NCBI GenBank assembly: GCA_964016885.1
Contig: OZ024764.1
Location: forward strand, 20,646,001 to 20,710,000
Direction: 5' to 3'
From: Eledone cirrhosa
Taxonomy: Eukaryota
DNA: 64,000 bases
Shown here: one piece after another, positions 12,599-27,949 of the stretch
How positions within the stretch are numbered: position 1 is the first letter of the stretch
Layout of the letters: each line of letters starts with the position of its first letter
Program-made: the position numbers and the translations under genes
The notes under the pieces: model-generated
What the model was told of the DNA's origin: nothing
The model's database searches: none
What the model saw: the letters and a program-made list of their open reading frames with translations, nothing else

Positions 12599-13589
12599 AT
12601 TATGTCTATTAATATTGTAGATTTAAGCTCACTTTTCACATCACGAATATATATTTTCTTGTTTGTTTCATTACTGGAAATATAAAATGTTATCGTAATT
12701 ATCTATATTTTACCTACCTCTAATTAATTAAAGTGAAAACTTTTGTTGTTGCTGAAAAATAAATTAACAAAACTAAATATTTAAATATTCTAAAGGTCGT
12801 TTTTATATTATGTGATGATATAATTAATATATTTTATTACAATTGTATAAGTTTACAGTAGAATAACGTTGTAAATATGTTTTAAATATATACATAAATA
12901 ACATAAGTGTGTAAATAACATTATAAATTGCTGGCAATTCCTTGAGAAAGACATTACAAATATATTGTCTAAACTGTGTATAATAATATAATTTATTGAA
13001 CAATAATGATAAAGGAAAGAAAAACACAGTGGGAGATGGCAATTGACCACCAAACGAGGTAAACATTTTCAACTTTCCCCTTTTTTTGCTTTGTCCGAGA
13101 CAACTCAAAATATTCTTCAAGGAACTGGATTTTCCATTCGGTTGGATCAAACGGATTTTACCATTTATAATCTACGGAGAGGAATAACAGATGTTCGGAG
13201 GAAAAAAGAATTGTTTGTGGCAACAACGTAGGGAACCAACCTGGAGCAATTGTATCACACAATTATACTTTCCTCCTTAACATACACTTACAATTTTTCA
13301 AAATCAAACCCCCCAAATATAAAATATAAATAATTATAAATGGCGAGGAACCATCCCATCTCCCTCTTGAAATAACCTGAATCTATTTATAGTCAGGTGT
13401 GACTGAAAGGTCAATCCATACTTCCATTCTATTTCACAGAATTAGAAGCTTTGACCACTTGATAGAATTCAGGTCCAGTAATGTAATCACTCCGTAATTG
13501 TAAACATCTTGTATCACTATCATTCAGGTTTTGATTTTACTCAAAATGTTTTTGCCCATGTTTTTTTTTTTCTTTTTTTTTTACACAAA

Positions 13590-16500
13590 CTCACAATTTC
13601 GGTTTTTACTGCGGATTTACCCATGCGAACTATTACACAAACTCACAGCCTTAGATTTTGTATTCCTAGCGTTTTTATTTTCCTTCTCTTTGCATGTTCA
13701 GTGCTCTTTCTCTCCCACTGTATTTACCTGCCTCTCACATGACCACACTCCTCTCCACGCACTCATCATCTTCTCACTCCTTCTACACCTTCCATCCCTC
13801 CCCTTGCTCAACCCTTACTTCCTCCTCGCGCACAGTCCACCTAGGTATTCGTTCAACCCGCCGGTGGCCCGATGTTTCGACCGAACTATCACCGGCGATT
13901 GCCGATTGCTAAAGTTGCCACCACTTTAACCTAGTCCACTCTAGGTGGGGGTGGCATGCGTCGAACGACCAAGAGACCTGCTTGGTGGAACGACTATGTG
14001 ACAACCGGTCAGCCTTCGACCTCTCATTCTCCACCAACTGCAGCACGCACGAGAGGAGCTAACTTGACCCCACCTACCCTCTCCTCTCCTTCACGGCAGA
14101 TTCCGAACGAATCCAACCCGGCCAACCACACCACCCCTACAACTGTTAGCTCACCACCCAACCTCCGCTTTAGTCCCACCGTTAGAACCACTGCTGTCTC
14201 CTTTACTGACTCACTCCCTTCACCGATTCCAACGCTGGCCCTCTACTGCCGGCTGTTGCCAGCCCGCCACCTGATTGCGCCCTCTGTGCTCGCACTAACC
14301 AGTACTTAAAGACAATTAAATGTCACCTATGCCACGCAACCTACCACAGAAGCTGTGTCGGCATCACCAAAGCTCAAGCCGAAAGGCTCCAACACTGGAC
14401 TTGTCATCGGTGCCACTTCAGGGAGCTCGGAACAGCTTTGCAGGTGCCCTCTCTAATTTACTGAAAAACGTTTGCTCGTCCAACAATAGACTGGCAGAAA
14501 TTGTTTTTGTTTCCCCTCATCTCTCTTCATGTGCACAATGCGAACTCGGGTTCCCTCAAGTCCTCTCTCAAGCGGCAGTTCCAGCTGTTTGAGTCCACCC
14601 CAACCACGTCTCATCTCAGTTCGTCTCCGAGCTCGGTGTCCACCAACAGACAACCGGTAGACCTCAAGCGAGCCGTCAATGCCAAATTCAGCGAATTTGA
14701 CATTAAAGGGGCTGTCCTCCCTTGCTCCATGCAACTCTGACTCTCGTGAGCGTCTGAAAGAGAAGCACCCCCAGATGATCAGCAACACTGGCCCGAACCA
14801 CCAGAATACTTGAGACCGGTTTACACCACCAATATCATCAGAAAGGCGATTTCATCCTTCCCCGCTGGGTCAGGCGTGGGAATTGATGTCCTTCATCCTC
14901 AACACCTCAAGGATGGTATCTCCTTATCGGCCGGTGATGCCGGACTCGAGCTCTTGGAGAGTCTGACTCAGTTTGTGAATCAGTGAACGTTCTCCCGTTC
15001 ATCCGCCCACTGTTCTTCGGTGCGAAGCTATTTGGTCTCACCAAGCCCAACGGGGACCTGCGCCGCATTGCGGTTGGCTGCACACCTCGCCGCCTCACTG
15101 CAAAGGCGTGATTGCTGTTGGTCTCCAACCCACTGGCGGAGGAATTTTCCCCCATCCAGCTGTGGGTGGGTACCAGGTTGGGATGTGTGGCTGCTGTCCA
15201 CGCTGCCAGAGCATTTGCCAACTTGCCCTCCTCATCCCCCAAGGTCATCCTCAAACTTGACCTCAGGAATGCCTTCAACTCCGTCAGCCGTAACATCGTC
15301 CTCGGCTCAGTAAGAGAGAGGGTCCCACAACTCTACCACTTTGCTTGGCAGGCTTATCGGGAGCCCTCCTACCTCTCTTTCAGTGACCAGATCATCACCT
15401 CTGCCTCAGGAGTCCAACAGGGTGACCCAGTAGGGACCCCCCCCCCCCCTCCGCACTGGACATTGATGACGTGACCAAGATGGGGGCTGAGTTGGACCTC
15501 AATGTCTGGTAGCTCGACGACGCCTGTTTGGGGGGAACTCCGGATATGGTTCACGCCACTGCCAACAGGATGGTGGAGGAGCTTGGCACCGGGGTCTCCA
15601 GATCAATAGCTCCAGATGTGAGCTCTGGATCCTCAACCACCCGGCTTCTTAACACCAACAGCTGATCGACCTGTTCGCAGAGTCCTTCCCTTCCATCACA
15701 GTCCCTCCCCTGTCGGTTTGGTGCTCCTTAGGAGCCCCAATCACAGACCTGGCTTTCGAGTCAACCATCCAATCGAAGATGGTTGGCCTTGAGCAGCTGC
15801 TGAGGAATATTGAAGATATCGAACGCCATCAAGGTTTCTTCTTACTCAGGAACTACCTGTCTATTCCTAAGCTTCTGTATCTGCTCAGGGTCAGCCCCTC
15901 TCACAGATTTCCATCCTGCCTCCAACGCTTCGACGACCTAATCTTCGAGAGACTCGAGTGTCTGGTCAATGTTAGTAAGTGTTCGTCCCTCTCTCTCTCC
16001 CCTGCTTCCTTTCCTCCACCCAAGCTTGCAGCATCCTCTCCTCTCCAACATGGACTAGTTCCAACAGGGAGTTGTGTGAAGCTCTCCAGCAATGGAGTGA
16101 GTTGGGCTTGTCTCTTCCTGAGAAGGTGGAGGACAGTCGAAGTCAGAGAACTTGGGACAGGATACGTTGGAATGCCACCTTCGACTCCCTCTTCGTCCTC
16201 TCAGATCAGTCTGCAAGGTGCCGCTTACCATCTGCCAGCGCCAAATACTTCGGTGACTGGGTCGATGCCTTACCCGTGGCCAACGTTGGAGGCCTACTCA
16301 GCCTGGATGAACTTCGTGTCTCCATCACCCTCAGAGTGGGAGCTGACGTCTGCATGGGTTTGAGATGTGGCTAACTCCTCCACTCCACAGGCCCCCACGG
16401 TCTTTCTTGCCGCCTGAATGCCGGCCACTTTGCCCGTCACACGGAGCTAAACTTTATTCTGAAGAGAGCTTTGGCCCGGGCAAACATCCCCTGTCTTGGA

Positions 16501-17001
16501 ACCATCTGGGTTGTCCAGAAGTGACGCAAAAGACCTGACAGCCTTACCCTGTGCCCCTGGTCGAGAGGCAGGTGCTTAATCTGGGACGTCACTGTTAGTG
16601 ACTCCTTTGCTCTTTCCCACATCCTTGATGCTGCGGTAAGGACGAGAGCCACAGCTTCGGCAGCCGAGCGGAGTAAGACCCTCAAATACTCTGATCTGTC
16701 GGCCAGCTACATTTTTCAGCCTGTGGCTTTCGAGACGTTTGGGGGAGTCAGGCCGCTGACTGCGAGGTTCCTTTCCTCACTGGCGGCTTGCCTTATAGAA
16801 GTAACTGGCGAAATCGCGAGGGCGCTTGGCTGTTCCAGCACCTCAGCCTCGCCATCACCCGAGGTAACACTGCCAGTGTGCTGGCTTGCCTCAAAACTCA
16901 TTAGAGAGGTTTCCCAGTACCCCTCGTTGCTGTCTTTTGCTCTGGTGTTGGCTCCGTTGTCCACCCCTTCCTTTACATTTTCTTTAATATTGCAACATTG
17001 A
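13590..17001 (+). mobile_element. Dead CRE-clade retrotransposon, copy 2 (near full length, intronic)
   Basis: Same RT and RLE motifs, plus AISSFPAGSG.GIDVL.PQHLKD and KPNGDLRRIAVG; shares its stops with copies 1 and 3; deletion of about 100 bp at 14420. Confidence 0.85.
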
Positions 17002-17286
17002 AGGAATTTATCTTTCATTGTATCATCCTTTATAGTGTTACCGAGGCATTTGTAATGTTATTTATATATTTAAAACATATTTGTTATGTTATTCTACTGT
17101 AAATTTATTTATATGCTCTGTTTATATTTTCATTCTGAAGGAACTTATCCACTTGTGTTGATATAAGTGATGCTATGACTTTCCTCTAAGCATTGTGTCA
17201 TTATATATGTTATTATAAACGTGAATAAATTGAATTTATAGTGTGATAATAGGCCACACCTCACGCCCTAGGGGTTAACTACACAC

Positions 17287-17787
17287 TTTGAGGCAAGCCA
17301 ACACACTGGCAGCATTACAACGGGTGATGGTGAGGCTAAGGTGCTGAAATAACCAGGTACCCTCACGGATATCACCTGACACCTCAGTAAGGTGAGGCTA
17401 CGGTGCTGAAATAACCAGGTACCCTCACTGAAATGACTAGATTTGTAGAAAAAGTAGGGTGAAAGTATACAAAGAGATGTAGTTTCACAGATCTACTCAC
17501 ACCTCACGTTGGGTGAGAATAATTATTTTTCTTAGAATTCTTGCTATACCCCTTTTCCAGTATTTTTTCTCTGGACCCCTTAGATACTTGCGATAGACGT
17601 TTTATTCCCCAGTATTAATGTTAGGGTTTCCGTTTTCAGGAAGAAAAGTCGATTGCAAACATCTAAGAGGTCGAGAAATAAAATTAAGGAAAGATAATTA
17701 TTTCCCAGCCAACTGGAGAAGTGTGTAGCTCTTCTTAACTCTGATAATCCTGTCTCCCACTTCTTTATCTACAAATCTAGTCGTTTC
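17287..17787. mobile_element. Inverted CRE fragment (17287-17429) plus foldback MITE (17430-17787), unit-2 copies
   Basis: Near identical to 2136-2636. Confidence 0.78.
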
Positions 17788-17794
17788 CTGCTAC

Positions 17795-18285
17795 TTTGTT
17801 CCCTGGGGTATGCCTTAGTATTTGACACCATCTATCTGTCTTACTCCCTAACTAGCAAGAAGTCAATCTGTCTCATGTGCTCACCTGATTGGTAGGTTAT
17901 TAGGTGGTTGGTAGGTTTATTATAACTAGGTCTCTGTCATTGTGGTTATCTCTACTTATTCCTTTTCTACATATGGAGCAGAGCCACTTTCCTGAAGGGG
18001 TCAGGGTCTTCTCTCCTATCCATTACCACTTTAGTTTTGGCTAAGTATATTCTCAGAACTTACCATTTCAAATTCTATATCTATAGTTGGTCATCTACAT
18101 AGAGAAGTTTCCATAGACAGCCAGTCTTAAACCTCTCTGTTATGGCTTGGAGAACTATGATGAACAACAGTGGGCTAAGAACTAAACCATGATGAACTCC
18201 TACCTGTACCTTCAGTTCCTCACTAATCACACTTTACTGACAGCTTCTCAAAAGCCATTCTTCTACACCTACTTTCTTTAACCCT
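17795..18285 (-). mobile_element. Decayed RTE fragments, unit-2 copy with an extra internal deletion at about 17917
   Basis: Homologous to 2644-3275. Confidence 0.75.
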
Positions 18286-18491
18286 TTAGTATATAAAATG
18301 GCCATATCTGGCCAGAATTCTCCCACATCTTTCTGTTCAAACTGGCAGTAACTGGTCACTTATACTTATGTTAAGGTATTGTTCTCAAAAGAAATAACAT
18401 GAAAATCTCATAGATTTGATATTATGTGAGATAAAGCATTTACTGTGAAAATATAATAGTAAATATAGAGTAATGTGAATACTAAAGGGTT

Positions 18492-19332
18492 AATCTAATG
18501 ACACTAATAACTACTTTTATCTGTCAGTATAATCTAATGTCACTAATAACTACTTTTATCAGTCAGCATGATCTAATGTCACTAATAACTACTTTTATCA
18601 GTCAGTATAATCTAATGTCACTAATAACTACTTTTATCAGTCAGTATAATCTAATGTCACTAATAACTACTTTTATCAGTCAGTTTAATCTAATGTCGCT
18701 AATAACTACTTTTATCAGTCAGTATAATCTAATGTCACTAATAACTACTTTTATCTGTCAGTTTAATCTAATGTCACTAATAACTACTTTTATCAGTCAG
18801 TTTAATCTAATGTCACTAATAACTACTTTTATCAGTCAGTTTAATCTAATATAACTAATAACTACTTTTATCAGTCAGTTTAATCTAATCTCACTAATAA
18901 CTACTTTTATCAGTCAGTTTAATCTAATGTCACTAATAACTACTTTTATCTGTCAGTTTAATCTAATCTCACTAATAACTACTTTTATCAGTCAGTTTAA
19001 TCTAATGTCACTAATAACTACTTTTATCAGTCAGTTTAATCTAATGTCACTAATAACTACTTTTATCAGTCAGTTTAATATAATGTCACTAATAACTACT
19101 TTTATCAGTCAGTTTAATCTAATCTCACTAATAACTACTTTTATCAGTCAGTTTAATCTAATGTCACTAATAACTACTTTTATCAGTCAGTTTAATCTAA
19201 TGTCACTAATAACTACTTTTATCAGTCAGTTTAATCTAATCTCACTAATAACTACTTTTATCAGTCAGTTTAATCTAATGTCACTAATAACTACTTTTAT
19301 CAGTCAGTATAATCTACTGCCACTAATAACTA
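18492..19332. repeat. 39-bp minisatellite, about 21.5 copies
   Basis: Same unit as 3482-3776. Confidence 0.97.
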
Positions 19333-20275
19333 ACCTATGTTAGTCAGCACATTCTTCACCAAAGAAGGCCTTAGTATTTATTACAGCCCATTTATCAATA
19401 TAAAAATATTATATAAAATTTGTAGTGATGTATTACAAGTTTCTGAGTATCTTATAATGTTCTTTTATTATTTCAGAATACCAGAGGACATTGGCATTAA
19501 AGAGCATGTTACATCAGACATATCCTCAACATTAACCATTTCTAATGAAAGACACTACCCATCATTTTCAAATAATTTTGAAAACACTCAACACTTTGAA
19601 GGGATTTAATAATATAACTAAATTTCTCAGTATTAAGCTGCTATTTGGAACATAACTTTGCACAATCTCATGAAGTTACAATGGAAAGTTTTTAGATAAA
19701 TATAAAGACTGGTATGAAAAGGATAAAACACTTTTATATCAGTTGTTTCATCAACACTATTATTTAAAGATTAAAGGAAGCTGTTATACAGAACAGATAC
19801 AACCTTGTTTATATAAATCTATGGGAGAAATACTGTGAAATATTTCTTGTTAACTCAATAACCCTTCTATTCTTTACTGTCTGGAATATGTAGAAGATAC
19901 AAAATAAAGCTGAAGAAATTTACACATGATTTTGTAAGATCTTCATATATTGACAAAGATGATAGTAGATGGAACTACAGGAGTAGAAATATTTCCATTA
20001 TTACAGGAATAACTAATGAAATGAAAACTAGAAAAATTAGATTCTTCACTGTCTGGAATATGTACAAGATGATTTTATATGTATATTAAACTTGAAGACA
20101 TCAACAAAACAGTTTGTATCATCTTTAAATATAAAGAAAGACCAAGTTGATGGAAATATATCTGGAGGAATATGTTTTAGGAATAATATTATAAACATAA
20201 AGAAGAAAAATATCCATATATTGCGAGGAGAAAAATATTAAAACTGTGAATTATGTGAGAAATTGAGGTGATTGA

Positions 20276-21580
<1,305 letters not shown>

Positions 21581-22593
21581 CAGTAGTACCTTAACCAAGC
21601 ATGTGTGTATTCATACAGAAGTTTAGCTGTATCAATATCAAACTCATTACATCATACTACAACAACAACAACAATTGTGTAGATCCATCATCCTTGCTAA
21701 AACTGGGGATAACCTTGTAGGTTTTATCTATGACAGGGATCATAAACACCAGGTTTCCATTTTTGAAGTAGTGTTTGAAGATTTCGTGTAAATTAAAGTT
21801 TTTCACATTAAACTTTCATTTATTATACTTTAACAGGTAAGATATATATTTGTATTTTTAGTAAAAGTTGGGAACTTCTGTAATTTAAACCTGCCAATAA
21901 AATGAAAACTTTTGTTGTTGTTAGTCAGACATTGATATTAATTCTATTGTCCTGTACATTGTCTCAAATATCACAGATTAAAAAGATTTTAACAATAACA
22001 ACAGAAATCAATAACTTGTAAGCCTAATATCTAGCTTCCATTTTAACTATTTGATATTGTTGTTCCCCTCCTGTCTCTTCAGGTCTTTTAGATTTCAACT
22101 TCTATCTACTGTACTATTCCATCACCAAGGCAACATTCATCTGGCTGGCAGCTTACATCAACTACAGATCTCCAACCCTTCTTTCTCCAGATAGTCTTGT
22201 ATCTGTCAGTCCCTCTAGATCTTATATTTAACAGGGAGATGTTTTACTCTCCAACCCTTCTACCTCCAGATAGTCTTGTATCTGTCAGTCCCTCTAGATA
22301 TTACACCTAGTATCTAGTCTATGTTGAGTGGTACGTCCTTCTCCAGTAAAGGAGTTAATATTCCCAACCATCTGTCTATCCTGTTTTCTGATGAGAATGA
22401 AGTTAATCTAGTTTATCTCTTCACCTGATTGAAGTAACTAGATCAAGTAACTAGATGCTTTCCTGTAAGTTAGTGTTGCAGTGTTTGTGTCACCATGTAA
22501 GGTTTATATCTATTAATATAGAGATGTAGTAAAGTTTTCACTGTTGTATCTCTATTTTCTAAATATCTTAATAATGTTTCTCTACTATTTCAG

Positions 22594-22980
22594 AACATCA
22601 CATGACCTTGACAGAAAAGAGTCTTTTAAAGACAACAGAAAGATGTTACATACAAGTGATATAAACTTGTTTAGTCTGTGGTGAATTATGGTGAAATATT
22701 TCTTCTGAATTGAGATAAATAACAACATTTTCCTTTTTCACTGTCTGGAATATTTACAAGATGATTTTACATTCTGATTAAACTTTGGATATTTACAAAG
22801 GAGTTTTCAAAATATTGGATATTGACAAAGATCACATTTGATAAAATTATGAACAATAGAAATATTTACATCAACATAGGAATATTTTCCAGAAGAGATG
22901 GGAAAATCATTATACCACTGTAATATTTGTGGTAAAGTATTCTCTCTTCTTTATATGTAGAACATCTAACTAAACACTTT
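22594..22980 (+). pseudogene. Vestigial ZNF exon, unit 2
   Basis: 22898 reads MGKSLYHCNICGKVFS then, frameshifted, HLTKH; compare [16 protein letters not shown] at the start of the intact ZNFs. Confidence 0.65.
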
Positions 22981-23086
22981 AACAAACTATTGTGCTATAG
23001 AATTGACAAACTTGAGGAATGTTTAATAAATGTTACTGATAGAATGTTTAATAAATGTTACTGATAGAATGTTTAATAAATGTTAC

Positions 23087-25145
23087 TGATAGAGGGACCA
23101 GCAGTGTTAGTCGAAGGTAGTATAATAAGTAAGGCAATCAAAGATATGAAGACGGGTAAGGCGGCTGGGCCTTCGGAAATAGTTGCTGAGATGCTGAAAG
23201 CCTCCGGTACGGTGGGACACACCATGGTCACCCGGATAGTAAACCAAGTCATACAGAATGGGGTTGTTCCGAAGGACTGGCGTAGCAGCATCATCGTTAA
23301 CTGTTACAAGGGTAAAGGAGACGCTCTAGATAGGAGTAACTATAGAGGCATTAAATTAATCGACCAGGTCATGAAGGTCACGGAAAAAGTAATAGCGCAA
23401 CTAATCAGAGAGAGAATTAACCTAGATGAAATGCAGTTCGGATTTGTGTCAGGCAAAAGTACCACAGACGCTCTTTTCATTGTACGACAACTACAGGAGA
23501 AGTACCTAGCTAAAAGTAAACCCCTATACTTAGCTTTTGTCGACTTGGAGAGAGCCTTCGACAGAGTCCCCCGTTCCATTATCTGGTCGGCTCTTAGAAA
23601 ACTAGGTGTTGACGAATGGCTTGTGAGAGCCATACAAGCCATGTATAAAGAAACAGTCAGCAAGGTTAGAATTAACAACGAATATAGTGAAGAGTTTAGC
23701 GTAAAAGTTGGTGTCCATCAGGGCTCTGTTCTTAGCCCCCTACTATTTATTATTGCCCTTCAGGCTATAACAGAGGAGTTCAAGACCGGCTGTCCATGGG
23801 AACTCCTATAAGCAGATGATCTAACGCTCATAGCTGAATAAATGGCCGAGCTAGAGAAGAAATTCCAAACATGGAAGCACGGCCTAGAATCAAAAGGCCT
23901 TAAAATTAACCTGGCTAAGACTAAAGTTCTAGTTTGTAGGAAAGAAAATAAGGCGCTGGTCCCCTCCGGGAAATGGCCATGCTCAGTGTGTAGGAAAGGC
24001 GTAGGTAGAAACTCCATTTTATCTCCCAAATGCAAAGTATGGGTGCATAAAAGATGTAGTGGGATCACAGGTAAGCTAACTAAGAACACAGATTTTACAT
24101 GTGGCCGGTGCTCTGGTGCAATAATTAGCAGCAAGTGCCCACGAAATACTAGCTCATTCAACTGCGCAGAGGGCTCTATAGAAATAGTGGACAGCTTCCG
24201 TTACCTGGGTGACAAAATCAGCAGTGGGGTAGGGTGCTCTGAAAGTACAGTAGCTAGAGTCAGAACTGGATGGAAAAAGTTCGGAGAGCTTATACCACTA
24301 TTAGCCGCTAAAGGGTTCTCCCTAAAAATGAAAGGCAGGTTGTATGATGCCTGCATACGAACAGCAATGTTGCATGGCAGTGAGACCTGGGCATTGTGTG
24401 CAGAGGATATACGCAGATTAGAGAGGAACGAAGCTTGCATGCTCCGCTGGATGTGTAATAGTAATATACGTGAACGGCAAAGCATAAACGAACTAAGGAA
24501 AAAATTAGAAATAAGAGGGATCAGATGTTTACTCGAGAGAAGGCTACGTTGCTATGGTCACGTGATGCACATGAAAGACGACAGCTGTATAACAAAGTGC
24601 AGGGCAATAAAGATAGATGGTAGCCACGGAGTAGGCAGACCCAGGAAAACCTGGGACGAGCTGATAAATTCCGACCTCACACACTTACACCTCTCCAAGA
24701 CAATGTCACTGGACCGAGACCTTTGGCGGTACTCAGTAACAGAGAAGACCCGCCTTACCTAAATACAAAGTAAAACCTACTAGTCAGTAGGCATCTCTAA
24801 CAAAATTCACCCCGTCCCACCACCCCCACTCTATCCACACCGCCCCCTTCAATGCAAAGTTATGTTGGTGCCACAACATCCAGGCCAAAACAAACGAGAT
24901 CGTGTAGGTGCCACGACAAAAAAATACACAGTCCATGCTGTAATGTGACCGTGTAGGCAACACGGTAAAAACCTCCCAGCCCCACACTGTAAATGTGGTT
25001 GGTGTTAGGAAGGGCATCCAGCTGTAGAAAACCCGCCAGACAGTCCTATGCGAGCAAGACAACCACTCTTGCCTCAAGTAGGAAAACCCCCGTCCAAACC
25101 AATGCAAGCGTGGAACAGGGACGTTAAACGATGATGATGATGATT
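23087..25145 (+). mobile_element. 5'-truncated RTE-clade LINE, specific to unit 2
   Basis: RT (KAAGPS, NYRGIKL, FVDLERAFDRV, GVHQGSVLSPLLF, *ADD), PHD-like Cys domain, C-terminal GRPRKTW, 3' UTR and (GAT)n tail; the empty site is visible at 6478-6500. Confidence 0.93.
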
Positions 25146-25415
25146 ATTTCTCCAAACTGTCGTTTACTAACTTTAATTTGAAGCTATATTATCTATATAC
25201 TACTAAAACTCTGTGATTGTGTCTTGTCTGTAATTTAATACAGCTAAAACGGTGCATAATGGGGAAATACTTTGAAAGGAATAAAACAAGTTTTGTATAA
25301 ATTGGAGCACAGGTTCCCAAGATACGGGGTTTTCTGGGTACCTTCATAAATATAGGGAGAGAAAGAGATAGTGGTGGTGAGAGAGTGAGAGCTGGTGGTG
25401 TTGTTTAATAAAATA

Positions 25416-25453
<38 letters not shown>

Positions 25454-25495
25454 CGTATGTTCATATATATGTATCTGTATATATATATACGTATG

Positions 25496-25793
25496 AAGCA
25501 TATAGACAATATGCCCCCACACCCTCCCATTGCAAGGTGGTCGTGGAGGTGCCACGGCAAAAAAGCACCCAGCCCACACTGTAAAGTGGACATGTAGGCG
25601 CCACGAAAAAGCAGCCAGCACTCACTGTAAATGAGGTTGGTGTTAAGAAGGGCATCCAGCTGTAGAAATCAAGCCAAATCAGTTCCTGTATGAGCAAGGC
25701 ATGGTCAGCCGAGCAGACGCTGCCCACAACAGGACAACTCGTCTAACCCATGCTAGCATGGAAGAACGGACGTAAAACGGTGATGATGATGAT
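25496..25793 (+). mobile_element. Short RTE 3'-UTR-only insertion with a target-site duplication
   Basis: Starts aagcatatagacaatatgcccccacaccctc (matches the RTE 3' UTR at 31978-32010, reverse strand) and ends in (GAT)n; flanked by atatatatatacgtatg on both sides. Confidence 0.8.
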
Positions 25794-26309
25794 ATATATA
25801 TATATACGTATGTGTATATTTTAACTATTTAAAAATTATTTTAAATGACTTTTAAAAAATAGTTTTAAGGGAACGTGACCCAACAGGTCGCGGGTGGTCT
25901 AGTTTGTTACTAAATACTAGATATTAGAGGGTCATGTTGTTCTAGATGTGCTGGAAGAGCCATTCCATCTCGTGAGGCTCACACCAGCAGCTAGCCACCT
26001 CAGCACCTATGGTGGTATATTTATTATATTATTTATTCTTTATCATTAACATTAATATAAAAGATAATTATATATTTTTAGAGAAGAACCTCTAACTTCA
26101 TATAGCTTAGGGCTTCAGTAGGTAAAAGTCTGGCCCTGCTTGTCTTGTATTTTTTAGGGGAGAAGTTAGGGAATACTGTTATTGTGTGAAAGTTTTCTAA
26201 ATCTTCTTCAGCCACTAACATGGAGAAGATATTTCAGTAAAAAGGTTCACATCCTGACATCTATAGCTGTTAACAATGAGATTGGAATTCATTATAAAAC
26301 AAATGTTAT

Positions 26310-27575
26310 ATCATCATCACTGTTTAACATCAGTTTTTCTGCCCTGGCATGGGTTAGACGAGTTATCCTGTTGTAAGCAATGCCAGGTCAGGTGACCACG
26401 TGTTGCTCCTACAGAACAAATTTTGGTTTGGTTTCTACAGCTGGATGACCTTCCTAGAACCAAGCTTATTTACATTAAGTACTGGGTGCTTTTTGTTGTG
26501 ACACCAACATGACCACTTTACAGTGTGGACTGGGTACTTTTTGTTGTGACACCTACATGACCACTTTACAGTGTGGACTGGGTACTTTTTGTTGTGACAC
26601 CTACATGACCACTTTACAGTGTGCGTTGGGTGCTTTTTATTGTGACACCTACATGACCACTTTACAGTTTGGACTGGGTGCTTTTTGTCGTGACACCTAC
26701 ATGACCATTTTAAAGTTTTGGCTGGGTACTTTTTGTTGTCACCTACATGACCACTTTACAGTTTGGACTGGGTGCTTTTTGTCGTGACACCTACATGACC
26801 ATTTTAAAGTTTTGGCTGGGTACTTTTTGTTGTCACCTACATGACCACTTTACAGTTTTGGCTGGGTGCTTTTTGCCGTGACACCTACGCAACTGCTTTA
26901 CAGTGTGGGCTGGTTTCTTTTTGTCATATCACCTACATTTCCAGCTTATAGTGTTGGCTGTGTGTTCTTTGCAGTGTGGGTTGGGTGCTTTTTGTCATAT
27001 CTCCTACCCAACCACTTTGCAGTGTGGGCAGTGAAATATCAGTAATGCACCAGCTCCAATATTCAGTAATCAGAAGAAGGGAGGTAGGCATAAAAGCCAA
27101 ACTTGCTGTCTTCAATGAGGTTTTTGTGCCAACCCTTACCTATGGTCACATATCTTGGGTAATGACCAAAAGAATATGATTGGGAATACAAATGGCAGAT
27201 ATGGGATTCCTCTGAAGGGTCTTTGAAGGAACTTTTCTCAAAGTGCATAGCTCTGAGATCAGAGAGTCACTCCAGGTGGAGCTGTTACTTCTCCGAATTT
27301 ATAGATCACAGCTGCAATACTATGGCCATGTGGTTAGAATGTCTGAGGAAAGAATCACTGGATAGATTTTACAGGCTAAACTAACTGGCAGGAGACCCAG
27401 GGGTAGACCTGAGCAAGATGGTCACATAACATCCATGAGCCTTGGCTGGTCTCTCTGGGATATCCAGCCAGACCAGTTGGAGTGGGTTGCTTCTGACAGG
27501 ACCTGTTGGAGGGAGTGTTTGAGGACTTTGCCCCCAAGACCCTCTCTGGAATAAGTGGGTTAATAAGAAGATGTT
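26310..27575. mobile_element. RTE tail with 48-bp repeat (-, 26310-27035) and RTE-like C-terminal fragment (+, 27040-27575), unit-2 copies
   Basis: Homologous to 7337-8625. Confidence 0.72.
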
Positions 27576-27949
27576 GAGGCTACATAATCAACATCAGATT
27601 TCCCTGCTAACAAGGGTTTACTGAGTCTACTTCAACCAAGTAAGTACTGAAGTGAGGCTACTGATCTCTAGACAGACCAAGGATCTGCGACTTATTTACA
27701 TAAGGTCTCATTTGCTACTGAGTGCACAGAAAAGGTTGTCATGTCTTTGTCATGATTGAAGGGTTCTCCGACACTATTGTCGGGCAAGCTTTCTATGGCT
27801 AGATGTCCTTCACATGACCAACCACATTACAGCCTGTGTTGGGTGTGTTTATCATGTAGGTGAGGCATAACAAACTGAGGGTTCCCCAAGGGCCACATAG
27901 GTCACGTGTTGTCTGAGGGTTGCACACTACAACTAATTATGTACATTAC

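Noticed and set aside
12824-13929. AT-rich and low-complexity ORFs, also at 51336-52440
   Set aside because: No domain signal, and frames differ between the duplicated copies.
23080-24762. Active RTE element
   Set aside because: 5'-truncated with no endonuclease, and a stop replaces the Y of YADD.
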